From Anthoceros angustus (taxonomy: Eukaryota; Plantae; Anthocerotophyta), in the NCBI GenBank assembly GCA_010909165.1, contig VJWM01000025.1:868001-932000 (forward strand): a stretch of 64,000 nt of DNA, written 5' to 3'. The notes under the pieces were generated by a model. That model was not told the DNA's origin. It was given only the letters and a program-made list of their open reading frames with translations, and did not search any database. Made by a program: the position numbers and the translations under genes. Positions 36,573 to 49,777 of the stretch are shown here, piece after piece. Numbering within the stretch: position 1 is the stretch's first letter; the number at the start of each line of letters is the position of its first letter.

Positions 36573-38210
36573 CTTGCCACTTCAATTCGTGTCCTTGAAT
36601 GGATTAGTGTGTCTTTCCTTGAATGAAGGATGTACATGTGGCCAAAAACCCCAAATATATTTATCTAATAAAGCAAGCGTTGGAACCATATGGGTATTGG
36701 AACTCTGAGTATGAAGCGGTGCTTGGTTCCTAAAACTCGTCAAGTTATTAATGCGCGTGTGTGTGCAGACGTGGGCCCCACAACTCATACTCCGGTTGCT
36801 CGTTACCACCAGGATGCTGGTGCATCCCCTAATGCTATGGCCATGCATTCATCCAAGCATCATATATAATTAAGCCTACGAAACCGTAATCTCGTTCACA
36901 GATGGTTCACGATGCCATGAACACTGTTTATTGTGCGTACATTACATGCTCAAACTCGCGAGTGCCTTCACCAACCGTGCACTCACTGTGAACGCCGATC
37001 CATCGGGTGTCGAACATTTCAAGCTATAAGTGTAGAAGCATCAGCTAGTCTTGACCTGCCGATCGGGTGGGAGGTACATGAACCATCGCAAGGTCCTTTC
37101 AAAATCCTTGATTTGACATTATCTTTTGTTGTTATCGGCAACGAAGTGTTGACTGAAGGGAAATGCACTCCGTTGTTGTCTAATGTCGCCATCATTCGAT
37201 GGGATAGAGTGGAGGACTTGCTCTACGGAGAAAGTATGGACCACTCATTTCCTACCTCGTTCTGGAAGGAGACCGACAAAAAGGCAAGGGGAACTAACGA
37301 CATACGTAGACAAAACATGTGGTCTAAGCTTACACACACCAAGTATTGGTGTACCTTTGGCCGAACAGATTTTCCCAACAGCGACGCAGCTATCCAGGCA
37401 TCTTAAAGCACAGGGAAACGTAAAGGCAAGATATTAAGACTCTCTAGTGTGAAACACGGCTGTCAATATCACTTTGATGTCAAGCAGCTTCCTTGTTGGC
37501 CGTACTGCTTTCAACCTTAATCTATCCATGGGTGGCACATGGAGCAAGTCAAATCTTAAATTCAAAATCTCTTGGCGAAGCTTGGCTATAGTTCGTCTCT
37601 GAACACCTAGCTGCGCCACAGCTGTAGTGGGCATCACAGTGGGTATAGACAGGTCCTCCTTCAGAGCCTCACTGAAATACTCAGCCATTTGGTCAAAACC
37701 CCCAGCTCGGGCGACCAGCCCTCTTTCTTCAAATACTTGCTGGCTCTCACTAGGGCTCGCAGTGGCCAGGCAGATGCTCTCTTATACTTGTGTTCGACTG
37801 CATTCGACAAGCTTTCATTACTCAAGGACAAATCATCTATTTTATTTATTTTCCTGCTTCTCTGCAAAACATTGTGAAACATCGTCGTCTTCAAAAGGTT
37901 GGCCATTAGAAACCACCATCATACATGTCGAATTTTGGAAAATGTAGCTCATCTAGAAACCAAGGCCTATGCATCTATACGTGCATCAAACTCGAATGAG
38001 CCGGACATTTGGCGCACCAATCAAAGAGATTCAACTGCAAGTCATCGGTAGGGGCAAATAGAGTAAGGCCAAAAAGGTTTTACATGTTGTATACAAAGCA
38101 AATGTGGGAATATAACATCAACCAACAAATGATTTTCAAAAATAATATTCATGACTTTACGCCTAGATACCGGGATGATTTACAAATTTTTCAAACTACT
38201 AAAAATCAAC

Positions 38211-38409
38211 ACTCCATCCTGGTATTGATATGCCTCTAGGTTGCTTAACAGTGGAGTTGTTACAAAGTTTTCAAAGCGCCAAAAACAAGTAACCCATCCT
38301 AGTACTAATCCGACCCAAGAGTGCTTAACCGTGGAGTTCTCAAAGCACCAAAGTCGAGCACCCCATCCTGGTACGGATCCGACCCAGGAGTGCTTAACCT
38401 TGGAGTTCT
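38211..38409 (-). repeat. Three tandem 5S rRNA-derived segments (internal Pol III control region only)
   Basis: Best copy (38292-38340, -) reads AGAACTCCACGGTTAAGCACTCTTGGGTCGGATTAGTACTAGGATGGGT, matching the box A-IE-box C region of plant 5S rRNA. Other copies at 38211-38260 and 38361-38409. The 5S ends are absent. Confidence 0.85.
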
Positions 38410-38483
38410 TATGCCAGTGTGTCTATCTCCACCCTTACCCGGAGTAGATGCTTCAGATGGGATACAAACAATATATATACATT

Positions 38484-38556
38484 TGCGCCGGACGTCCGGC
38501 GCATCCACTCCACAAGATTGGGGTCTCCAGAAAATGCGCCGGACGTCCGGCGCATT
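38484..38556. repeat. Two perfect GC-rich palindromes
   Basis: TGCGCCGGACGTCCGGCGCA at 38484-38503 and AATGCGCCGGACGTCCGGCGCATT at 38533-38556. Confidence 0.95.
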
Positions 38557-39825
38557 GCTCCAATTCCTTCCTATGCTTTTCACTCTAACAATGGAGATCC
38601 CAGGATTGTGTACTCACAGTGCACCAGACTTCAACGAACATTGAACTTTGTCCCGTAGGAGAGGACACAACATGTATTGGAGGGGTGCAAGCTTCCTAAA
38701 ACCCTCAAGCTATGCCACGGAAATGCTCTTACATAGATTGGGAGCACACCATTCAGACAATGCAGGATCTCGTACGATCTGCAGATCCTTCTTTGCTTCA
38801 GCGTACATATGCTGCAGCCAACATTATGTTGTGTCAACTATGGCAACTGGAAGCCCGATTAGGTGGAGCACAAACTTTGAATTCCGTTGAGCTCAACAAA
38901 ATAGACAATGGTCTCGGCGATAGTTTGAAACGGAAAAAGAGTATTGTCGAGCTTGCAACTAGCTGGAAGCATCCGCAGAAGGCGAGGAAGGAGAAGATGT
39001 CCACAGTCCTCATGCGAGATGAGAATCAAGTATGATCCTGGTCAGCAACTACCTTCTGCCATCATGTTTTTGAGTGTTTTTTGCAGTCGCCATACTTGCC
39101 CCCACACTCCATAGCTTGATTCGGAAAAACGCTCTCAATTCCAGCTTCAAAACGAGCCATCTGTACCATGTTCTTGTTGAAAATATCTCGAGGTATGTGT
39201 GAAAGAAGAAAACAAACTCACCTTTTGTGATGAATCCTTTGAATGTCTATTGCGGTGTCTATACCTATTCTTAGGCTGTAAGAACGGATAGAAAAATGCT
39301 CTTATCGCAGGCTCGAGAATGAGCTATCCCGATCTCGATATAATTTAGCAGATGTTTTGCTATGTGTGAAAGGAGACAGCAACCAACTCTTCCTTTGAAT
39401 ATAATTTTCCGTCTCTATATTTACCCCTTTACTTTGCTTCTTGATTAAGAAGAAAGCTCTTGACGTCAGCTTCAAAATGAGCTACCTGTATTACCCTTTG
39501 GTGCTGAAAGGAAAAACCCTTGTCTAAAAACGGGATTTGAAGTCTTTGCCACAGAAGGATTGAATGTAGCCCGCAAACTATGGCAACGGCGTCCCCGTGA
39601 GTTCGGACCCTAGCATACACGGGCGTATGCGAGTTGGAAGGTATGGATATGCACTCATGAGGTATGGGTGAATGACTATGCGCACACATGCCACACTCCA
39701 CCGAGCGCATGCCTGCTCCACCGGCTACCGGAGTCAGAGCGGTGGATCCCACGACTGCACAGATGCTTGCATTAATAACGTGACGAGTTTTAGGCTCCGC
39801 CGAAGCGGCGACCGAGGCGCTTTTA

Positions 39826-42800
39826 TTATTGCAGACACTCCTCCTTCCTTAAGCCCCCACTTAATTCCTGCAGTTTTGCATAAATCTGTTGGCATTGTGT
39901 GTGGCTTTGGTCTGCTGCCATAAAAGAGTACACCTTCTTGTCAAGTTCTATCCAACTCCGCCCAGGGACTTTCCACGCACCAGCTTGCTGTCTCAGAGGT
40001 TCTAATTCCTTTGCCTCCTTCCACAAGCTAGCATTTGCGTAGATACTTGACATGAGCAAATAAGCTGCACTATGCCGTGGTTCCAGACTGACAGCACGAT
40101 CGAAGGCTCGTCTACCCAGTTCCACGTTGTTGTACTTCCGGCAGGCACCAAGCAAGGACAACCAAACTTTGTAATCAGGCGGCACAGGCATAGACACCAG
40201 CAGGTCTTCCACTTTATCAAACAGTCCAGCACGGCCAAGTAAGTCCACGAGGCTTGAGTAATGGAGGACAGTAGGGATCACTTTGTGCTCTCTGATCATA
40301 GACTCGAAGTACCAGATGCCTTTGTCCACCATACCGGCATGACTACATGCAGTCAGGACAGACAGGAAAGTAACTGCATTTGGCGTCCCACCAGCCAGTT
40401 GCATTTCGTCAAAGCACTGGAAACACAGCTGTGATTCCCCCTGCCAGGCATACCCGGAAATCAAGGCATTCCATGCTGCCACATCACGGTCAGGTAGCAT
40501 GTCAAAGACTTGCCGAGCATGGACCATGCTGTTGCATTTACCATAAGAATGAATGAGAGATGTCGCCAGATTGACACTGCACTCCACACCACTGGCAACG
40601 ATGTCGTGATGAATCCGGTGGCACATCTCCAAAGCCCCTGCACTACTACACACTTTGAGGAGAGAGATGAACGTTGCCTGGTCTGGCCTTGCGCCAGACT
40701 CTTGCATTTCGGTATATATCTGCAAGGCCTTCTCAACTTGTTCCTGCCGAGCATACCCAGAAGTCATTGCTGTCCAGGAAACCATAAATCTCTGGGGCAA
40801 AGAGTCGAACATGTCCTGTGCAGTCAACATGTCACCACAAGTTGCATACACACAGACCAGAGTGTTTCCAATGCCAATATCCGCCTCGTGTCCCATTCTT
40901 CTGAGTTCTGCATGAATGTCCCTTACGATCAGGAGCGATTGCAGCTTCAGAAGTTGTCCTTCGACTAAAATGTCCTCTTCAACAGCGGCTAGGGCACCAC
41001 AACCTTTGAGCACGCTCACAAAGGTGCAGCTGTCTGGCCTTATGCCCCTTTGCTGCATTTCAGCATAAAGTGAGAGTGCCATGTCACCTTGTTCTTGCTG
41101 AGCATATGCTCCGATCATAGTGTTCCACGACACCACGTCCTGCTGGGACAATTTGTCAAACACTAGTCTGGCGTCAACCAGGTTCCCACTTTGAGCGTAC
41201 ATGTGAATCAAGGCGTTGCCTACACATTCATCCTGCTGGCCACATGTTACCACTTGGGCATGAAGCTCCCTACCCTTTTGGAGAGCTGACAGTCTAAGGC
41301 GTTGTCCGTCTACCAGTGTATCCTCTTCTGTGGCTGCAATGCCACCACAAGCTGTGAGCAGGCTAGCGAATGTCCTCTTATCTGGACTCACACCTGCCAC
41401 TCGCATCTGGGCATAGAGCTGCAATGCTATCTCACTCTGGTTCTGTTGAGCATATCCTGTGATCATGGCAGTCCAAGCCACCACATCGTGTGCAGAGAGT
41501 GTATCAAAAACACGCCTCGCATTGACCATGTCTCCACACTTCGCATACATGTTCACTAGACTGCAGCCAATGTATAAATCCGATTCATATTGTGCCCTCA
41601 TAAGTGCTTCATGTATTACCTTTCCTCGTTGCAAAGAATCAGCTTTGACCAGTATTCCATCTACAAGTGTATCCCCTTCCTTGGCTGCCAAATTACCACA
41701 TGCTTTGATTGCACTAACGAAAGTCCTGTCATTTGGAGACACGCCCTCTCTGAGCATCTGATCATACAATTGGAGAGCTTTCACACCCTGCCCCTGCTGT
41801 GCATATACTGTAATCATGGCAGTCCATGACACCACATCGTGTCTTGGAATTCCGTCAAAAACACGCCTAGCATCAATCATGCTGCCACACTTTGCATACA
41901 TGGCCAGTAAACTGCTGGCAACAAACACATCCGATTCGTAACCTCTTCTGATAACTTCAGCATGAATCTCCCTACCCTGATCCAGGCTCTTTACTTTCAG
42001 ATATTGCTCATTGACTTTAGTTTCCTCTTCCAGTTCTGCCAGACTACCACATGCTTTCAGTACACTTACGAACGTTCTATCACCCGGCCTCAGACCATGG
42101 ACACACATTTCTTTGTACAAATACAAAGCTTTCCTACCGTCTTCGCCCTGCCGAGCATACCCAGCGATCATGACATTCCATGACACCACATCCCGATAGC
42201 GCAGAGACTGAAAGACAGAGTGTGCATCTGTCATGCTGCCACATTTTGCATACATATCGACCAATGCTGTGCCCACAAATAATTCAGTCTGGAGCCTGCT
42301 CCTGCAAGCATCCTCATGAAGCTGCTTACCCTGTTCCAAATCTCCTTCGCTGCCACAGGCTTTGAGCATGCCAACAAGAAGGTACTTGTTTGAACTTACC
42401 CCTTCCACCCGCATATGCTGGTACAATCTAAATGCCTCTTGATTCTGTCCAGCACTGAGATGACCTGAGATGACTGCATGCCATGAGCCAGCCGTGCGGT
42501 GAGACAGTTGCTTGAAGACCTCCACCGCATCCCCAAAACTCCCGCACTTCACATACACCAGAACCAGCAAATTGGCGAGATGGCCATTAGAATCAACTTT
42601 GCTCCTCATTACATGGGCATGCACTAGCTTTACCACAGGCAATGCCTTCCTCCTAGAGCAACCCTGTAACAAATACTCGTAAGTTGCTACCGAGGCTACA
42701 CAGCCATGCTGATGCATCAAAATCACGGCGTCGAGCGCAGTCTCCAGGTGTCCTTCCTCACACAAGTTCTTCAGTTTGTTGGCACTCTCAGATCCGCTGT

Positions 42801-43336
42801 GCACGCTGTACAGGACATGGGCCTTGGCATATCAGCTCGTACATTTCACACGCCAAAATTCCTTTCATTCACACGTCAATGTGACAAACATGCCACCAAA
42901 TATTACCAGAACCGCGTCGACTGCAGAAGGTCCAAGGCCCAAGTAGCATGTTTCCTCAGCTCTTCATCCCTCACTGAAGTGGGCAGCAGCGTGCCCACTT
43001 GCAACCAGATGCACCTACTCGTAACCCGTATTCCCCTGTACCACAAGCCCGAACGATGGGAACCTCCCTGCAGAGAAACCCGTGGATCTGTTTATAACAG
43101 CCCAGAGCAAGTGCAGTGCCACCTGGTGAGCTCAGGCATACACCTGTGAGTGGCAAATGCATTCGCGTGCACACAGGCAAAGCAACTCCTACCTGTGCCA
43201 GTCTCTTGTCCCAGCATTCTGAAGGATTCCAGCAAGCAATTGGACAGCCCTTCTCCATCGCCATCTGAATCAGCCAACCAGCATTTGCGCAACCAGTATC
43301 CATGAGCATAAATTTCTTTCCCCACCCAGTTTCCAT
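39826..43336 (-). CDS. Long PLS-class PPR protein, E+ type, with extended L motifs
   Basis: Main exon 42805-39826 ends WKVPGRSWIE..YSFMAADQSH..IYAKL without DYW. Four L motifs carry 16-aa insertions. Inferred exons 43336-43193 and 43067-42907 join in frame through GT-AG introns. Confidence 0.93.
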
Positions 43337-43919
43337 TATTCCTCTTCAAAGGGTTCTCAAAGGAAAGGTACTGGCAAGAACGATGTCCAGAACTGCTACA
43401 GATGCGAAGGATAGCGGGCTACCCGGTTTCTAATAATCATAGGCACACAACCCACTCTCCATTACTGCTCGTCAAATGTCTCTCAGAGGTTTCGACAAGA
43501 TCGATTTTCAGTCTGAAATTTTCAGAACTGCTACACATGGAGGCAGTAGTGGGCTATAAAGGTCCACCCATTTTCTGATCTCATAGGCGCCGTAGCTACG
43601 TCAACGCAGTTGCGTTTAAGCTGTACAGATTCCCTGTGGATGCAATATCGATCCTCCGTTTAAGCAACTGAGCTCGGTGTCTGAGCACTCCGCGTTGTAT
43701 GTGCAGGAGCAGAGTGTTGTTTCTCGTCAGCAGGTCGAAGGTGTCGTTCACATGCCGACAACTGTCACCCAGACTCCTCAGGAAGTCTCAATTCCAATCA
43801 GGCAAGGAGTCTTATGCAATTGCAATCGGGCAAGGAAGCTTGGGCAGCTATGGGAATTGCAACAGGCACAGGGCCCATGATCTGCCCTGCCCTGGCTCAC
43901 ACGCATTGCAAGCATATCC

Positions 43920-46900
43920 ATGTGCGAGTCCGTGATGCTTCCACGATCTGGCACCATGAAAAACATGGTGCGACTTCTACACGCCCTCTCTCGTGTCTGG
44001 CCGCCTGGCTGGATGACGGCGGAGGATGTAAGATTAGGGTGTGCCAACCCCTGCCGAGTGGTGCGAGGTGGAGGACAAGGTGGTGGAGCTGCAAGGGTGG
44101 AGATTCTCAGGTAGACTGTGTCTTGTGTTGTCAGCAGCTGCCTAGTCTTGGATCTTGGCAAAGTTTTTGCAAACTTGTAAAGTAGAACTCTGGATTCTCT
44201 TGCAGCGTTACGTGCGCACTGGAGGCATGAATAGTTCTGACACTCATGCAGGGTGACAAACAAAAAAGGTTGTCTCAAGCCTGGAGCATGGAGGAAACTG
44301 TGCGAAGAGGGGCATCTGGATGTGGCCTTTCAGGCCCTGGAGCGTATGGGCGAACGCGGGACATCTGGGTTCAAGGACATGCTGTATCGCATCCTGAAGG
44401 TGTGCATTGCCAGGAGAAATTTGTTCATCGGCACGCTCGTTCATGATCTTGTTGTGAGCAGTGGGTATGAGGCCAATCCATTTTTGGGAAACCACGTCAT
44501 TCGCATGTATGCTTCTCATGGGAGGTTGGTTGAAGCATCTCAGGTGTTCTCCAAACTGGATTCACCGACTCCTTTTGTTTGGAGCTCTATGATTTCAGCA
44601 CATAGTGAGCATGGACAGGCTGAGCAGGCCATAAACTTGTACCAGCGAATGATACAATCCGGCTCACAACCTGACCACTATGTATTTGTAGCTGTGCTGA
44701 AGGCGTGTGGTAAAGCAGCAGATTTAACTTCTGGGAAGTTGGTCCATGGGGATGTCGTTGAAAGTGGGCTGGAATCAAATATGTTCGTGGGCAACACCTT
44801 GGTTGACATGTATGGGAAATGTGGAAGCCTGGAAGATGCTCGCAGAGTGTTTGACCGGTTGCCAGTAAAGGACTTGGTGACATGGAGTGCCATCATCGCA
44901 GCTTATGCTCAGCATGGGCTTGGTCAAGAAGCTCTCACGCTGTTTTCGAGTATGGAGCAACATGGTATAAGGCCTGATAGTGTTGCATTTGTCAGCATGC
45001 TGAAGGCATGCAGTAGTGCGGGGGCTATATATGTAGGCAAGCGCATTCATCAGCAAGTCATGGATTGGAGACTGGAAGGGGATTTGTATGTTGCAAACTC
45101 GCTGGTGGATATGTATGCCAAATGTGGAAGCCTTTCGGATGCTCAAAGACTGTTCGACAATATGCCTTATAAGACCTTGGTGACATGGAATGCTCTCATC
45201 GCAGGATATGCCCAGCATGGATTCAGTGAGGAAGCGCTGAAGGCTTATGTAAGCATGGAACAGCAGGGAATACTGCCAGACAGTATGACGTTTATGAGCC
45301 TCTTGAAAGCTTGCAATAGTGTCTCTGATGGCAAGCGCCTTCATGCAGAGATTGACAGGAAAAAATTGGAAGAGGACGTCTATGTTGGCAACAGTCTGCT
45401 TGATATGTATGCCAGATGTGGGAGTCTTCAAGATTCTCGTGATTTGTTCAATAGGTTATCCACGAGAAATGTGGTGACTTGGAACTCTCTCATCACCGCA
45501 CATGCCCAGAATGGGCTTGATGAAGAAGCTCTCAAACTGTTTGTCAGCATGGAAGCAGAGGGTGTAAAGCCAGATGGCATCACTTTCATGAACATTTTGA
45601 GATCATGTGGTACTTTAGGAGCTATACTTGTGGGCAGAAGGGTTCATGCTCAAATCCTGGAAGTTGGACTAGAAAGAGATGTCCTTATTGCCAATACCCT
45701 AGTTGACATGTATTTGAAATGCAGGGACCTAGATGATGCACGTAACGTATTTGACAGACTGCCTGTCAGGGATATAGTAACATGGAACGCTATGATTGCT
45801 GGATATATGCAGCACCAGCGTACTCAGGAAGCCTTGGCACTATATGTGGATATGCGACATAGTGGCATGAGTCCAGACAGTTTCACTCTTGCCAGTGTGC
45901 TGAAAGCATGTGGAAGCACAGCAGATATTCATGCTATTCAGCTGATTCATGCTGAAATTGTGGACAAGGGACTTGAAGGTGATGATTTTGTCGGGAATAT
46001 TTTGGTTAACCTGTACACCGGTTGTGGACGACTAGAGGATGCATGCAGAGTCTTTCACAGGTTGCCAGCCAGAGACGTGGTAGCATGGAGTACTTTGATT
46101 GCAGGATATGTCCATCAGGGGCTTGATCAGAAAGCCCTTGAACTCTTCTTAAGAATGCAAGAAAGTGGTGTGGCACCAGATAATGGTACATACGTGATCC
46201 TTCTCAAAGCTTGTGGAAGACTAGGAGCCATAGAGGAGGGTAGGCAGATCCATGCACAGATCGTACAAAGGGGATTAGGAGCGGATGTGTCGGTTGGAAG
46301 CTCTCTCATCGACATGTATTCCAAGTGTGGCAACCTCGAGAATGCGCAAAAGGTGTTTGATAAACTCGTGCAGAAAGATGTGGTTGCATGGACTGCACTC
46401 ATTGATGGATATGGCCAACATAATGACTGTAGGATGGCCATGAAGTGCTTTGAAGAGATGCAACAGCATGGGTTGGCACCAGATGCTACGGCTTTTACTT
46501 GCATTCTTGTCGCTTGCAGTCATGTGGGGCTGGTGGATGAGGGTTTGCAATATTTCAAACAGATGATTGAAGAACATGCCATCACCCCAATGCCAGAGCA
46601 CTATAATTGCATGGTTGATCTTCTAGGAAGGTCAGGGCGCTTGGATGAGGCTCAAAAATTGCTTCAGACTATGCCATATGAACAGCAAACTGTAGGGTGG
46701 ATGTCTCTTTTGTCTGCCAGCAAAATGCATGGCAACCAAGAGCAAGCAAGGCGGTCGTTTGATAAGCTTGTAAGTATGGAACTGCATCATCCCTCTGCAT
46801 ATGCACTCATGTCAAAGACATATGCAGATGAAGGCAGGGAGGAGGATGCAGATGCAATCGAGAACTTGAGGAAATTGACAGGCGCTCAGAAAGAACCAGC

Positions 46901-47261
46901 GACTGCCTTGGTTGTGGTGAAGGACAAGATGTATGAGTTTGTTGTAGGGCAAGAAAGGGACGATATAGGTTCAAAACTTAAGAGTTTGAACCTACAGATG
47001 CCGGAGGAAGATGGAGAGATGGCTGACAAGAAAGCAAATGCACTTTGTGGACATGCTGAGAAACTGGCAGTGGCATTTGGACTGTTGAACACGCCAGATG
47101 GAACCCCGCTTGTGGTGATGAAAAACCTTAGGATGTGCACCAATTGCCACAGTGGAACTAAGATCATCTCGAGACTTGAGAATCGGGAGATTGTCATTCG
47201 AGATGGCCACCGTGTTCATCACTTTAAGGATGGACTATGTTCATGTGGAGACGATCTTTGA
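43920..47261 (+). CDS. Long PLS-class PPR protein with DYW:KP-type domain (candidate U-to-C editing factor)
   Basis: Main exon 44252-47261: QKEPATALVVV, CGHAEKLAVAFGL, KNLRMCTNCH, HHFKDGLCSCGDDL. Upstream exon 43920-44110 joins in frame (intron 44111-44251). Confidence 0.93.
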
Positions 47262-48149
47262 AAGGTAACACGCCTGGGGCAATGAATGAGCATCTGGCAG
47301 CATTTGACCGTCATCAGGAAAGGATGTAAATGCCCTCCTTTGGGAGTCTGGACTGCTGGTGATGTGGAAAAGCAGGCCAGAACAGGTAACTGAGCAAATG
47401 CTCAAGTGGCCTTGACAGGTATGAAAGACGAACTTCCAACCATTGGAAGTAGCGAGTCACGTATGAGGCACAGAAGGTTAGTGAGTTTTCCAATTGGAAT
47501 CTTTTTGTTAGATTGCGTGTTGGTAGTTGGAAATTGTAATTTTAAGGCAAAGTGTATGTTTGCATTGCAGGCAGCTGGAGTTGAAGAAGGATTTATTGCT
47601 GCAAGTAGGTGAAAGCACATCCCTTGCTAGGTCAGAGTCCTGAAACACCAATGGTCACCAATGTCGCATCTCACACTCCTGTCGAAGTCACATGATGTTT
47701 GTGCTACGATGCAGCAGTCATGCCAGAAGCCAAGATCAAGGTTATTTAGCAAGCAAGCAACTTCTCATTTGAAGGCAGCTCCGCCCCTACTCCGACACTG
47801 CAACTGCTTAACATGTCATGCTCTAGTGTATCCATACCTTGTTCAATATTGCCATTATATTCCTCAAGTGTGTGTTCAATGACTTTGCAATCTAAGGTCC
47901 AAAAAGACTTGTTACTGAAGAACTTTGTTCTTTTGAAACACTAATTCCAAACATTGGAATCCTAATCATGTGGCTTTCAAGGGGTGAAACCCGGAAACCA
48001 TGCTATTTGTCACAAACAAGTAAACCATGCTATTTGTCACAAACAAGTAAAAGAAGTTCATACGCGGGATTTAAATGTTCGGGACTAGATCAATGGAATA
48101 GAGCAGAAAGGAAGTAAATTCTTGCTGAATAGAGCAGAAAGGAAGTAAA

Positions 48150-49110
48150 TTCAGGCTGAGGGATGGTTTGCTGGTATACAAATCGAAGAGGATTGTGACC
48201 TTAAATTCTTGAGAGTTGGAAAGGAAATTGTTTGATAAATGTCGAGGTAGGTGACGTGAAATTAATTCTAAAATTAACCCTACTTACATGAAATCCAGGT
48301 ATGGATGACTCAACGGAGCAAGTCAACCGAATGCAAGAAGAATATTGAAGATGTTATGTGGAGATTGATCAAAGAGATTGGGCTGATCATCTATACGATG
48401 CAGAATTTTGTTATAATTATACTGCATATGGCTCTCTAGGTTGTAGCTCTTTTAAGATTGGAGGAAATTCAGCGCTGGATGTGGTATCCATGCTAAATGT
48501 TGAAGCTTTCGACACTACCACTAGATATCCATGCCAATTCATTGAGCAGTTGAAGGCTAGGCATAAGATTGCCAAAGGAATTTTAGCCAAAGCTCAAGCA
48601 CGTCAGAAGAAATATGCTGACAGGCACAGGAGAGAAATTGTCTTTCATGTTGGGGATAAGGTATGGGTGAAGTTGAAACATTTCACACTACCACAAGGAT
48701 TATCTCTTAAGCTAAGGCCGAAATATGGAGGTCCTTTAGAAGTCTTGAAGCGCATTGGGGAAGTGGCTTACAAGCTATAGCTCCTTGAATGGATTTTTGC
48801 ACACAATATGTTCCATGTATCACTATTGAAACCATTTGTGCCAGGCAAAGAGAAAGAAGATATGAACAAGAAGAAGTACAGTATTCTCATGCAACATAAT
48901 CAAGGATAATAGGAGATTGAGGAATTCTTTGCAGAGAGTAGTGTACCTACGAAACATGGAATCATGCCACGATACATTATAAAATTGCAAGGGATCTCAA
49001 AACTAGTTTGGGTGACGTTAGAGAATATCCAAAAAGGATCCATGATAATGGCTCGATATACTGACTATCATTGAGGACAGTGATCCTTTTTCTTGGCGGG
49101 GGAGAAAGTA
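48150..49110 (+). mobile_element. Ty3/gypsy (chromovirus-like) relic: integrase C-terminus/GPY-F and degenerate chromodomain
   Basis: DWADHLYDAEFCYN, QARQKKYADRHRREIVFHVGDKVWV, KLRPKYGGPLEVLKRIGEVAYKL, FHVSLLKPF with stops; purine tract GGCGGGGGAGAAAG near 49095. Confidence 0.85.
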
Positions 49111-49731
49111 AGGAGGTATGCATGAGAGGCATGCAACGCTGGATCTAGTTTAATAAGTTATGTGGTTAGTGGTAGTGAGGCTTAGCTTAGAGCTTAAGGA
49201 AGATAGTATGATTTAAGCAGTTACTCTAGGAATGAAGTAAGCCTCAATATTTAAGGGATGAGGTGAGCTCTAAAGGAGAGGTCCTTCTATTGATCCTAGC
49301 ACTAGGACACACTCTTGTGAGGATAGGTTGTGGGAGCCTAGAGATCGTGGGAGCCTAGAGTGTGAGTATGTCTAGGGGAGAGTTGCGAAGAGGAGATCGA
49401 GGGGAGAGAGCTATGTATCTACCTGGCTTAGGCAAAGATGGGGAGGTCTCTCTGTCATGTATTCTTGTTGATTCTTGGTGAAGTAAAGAGCAGCAGTAGA
49501 GGTGCTGATTGCGAGTCATCCTAGAGAAGGATGGTGGGCTACTTGAGATTTTCACCTTTGAGAATAGGTAAAAGTACTAGGTGATAAATACTTAAAATAA
49601 TTATTAATATCATATCATATTAGTAAATTATTAACATTTTTTTCTATGTTGGTCATATTTTGCTAGGTAGTTTAGTCTTTTGGTCCTATGCATATTGGTA
49701 ATTAATATATATGTTTAGAGTAACTAGTCTC

Positions 49732-49734
<3 letters not shown>

Positions 49735-49775
<41 letters not shown>
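49735..49775. repeat. (TA)n microsatellite
   Basis: Directly visible. Confidence 0.95.

Positions 49776-49777
<2 letters not shown>

Noticed and set aside
38211-38409. Functional 5S rRNA genes
   Set aside because: Only the ~50-nt internal core is present; 5' and 3' helices are missing.
47995-48151. Two short exact tandem duplications (27 and 31 bp)
   Set aside because: Ordinary local duplications at the edge of a gypsy relic.
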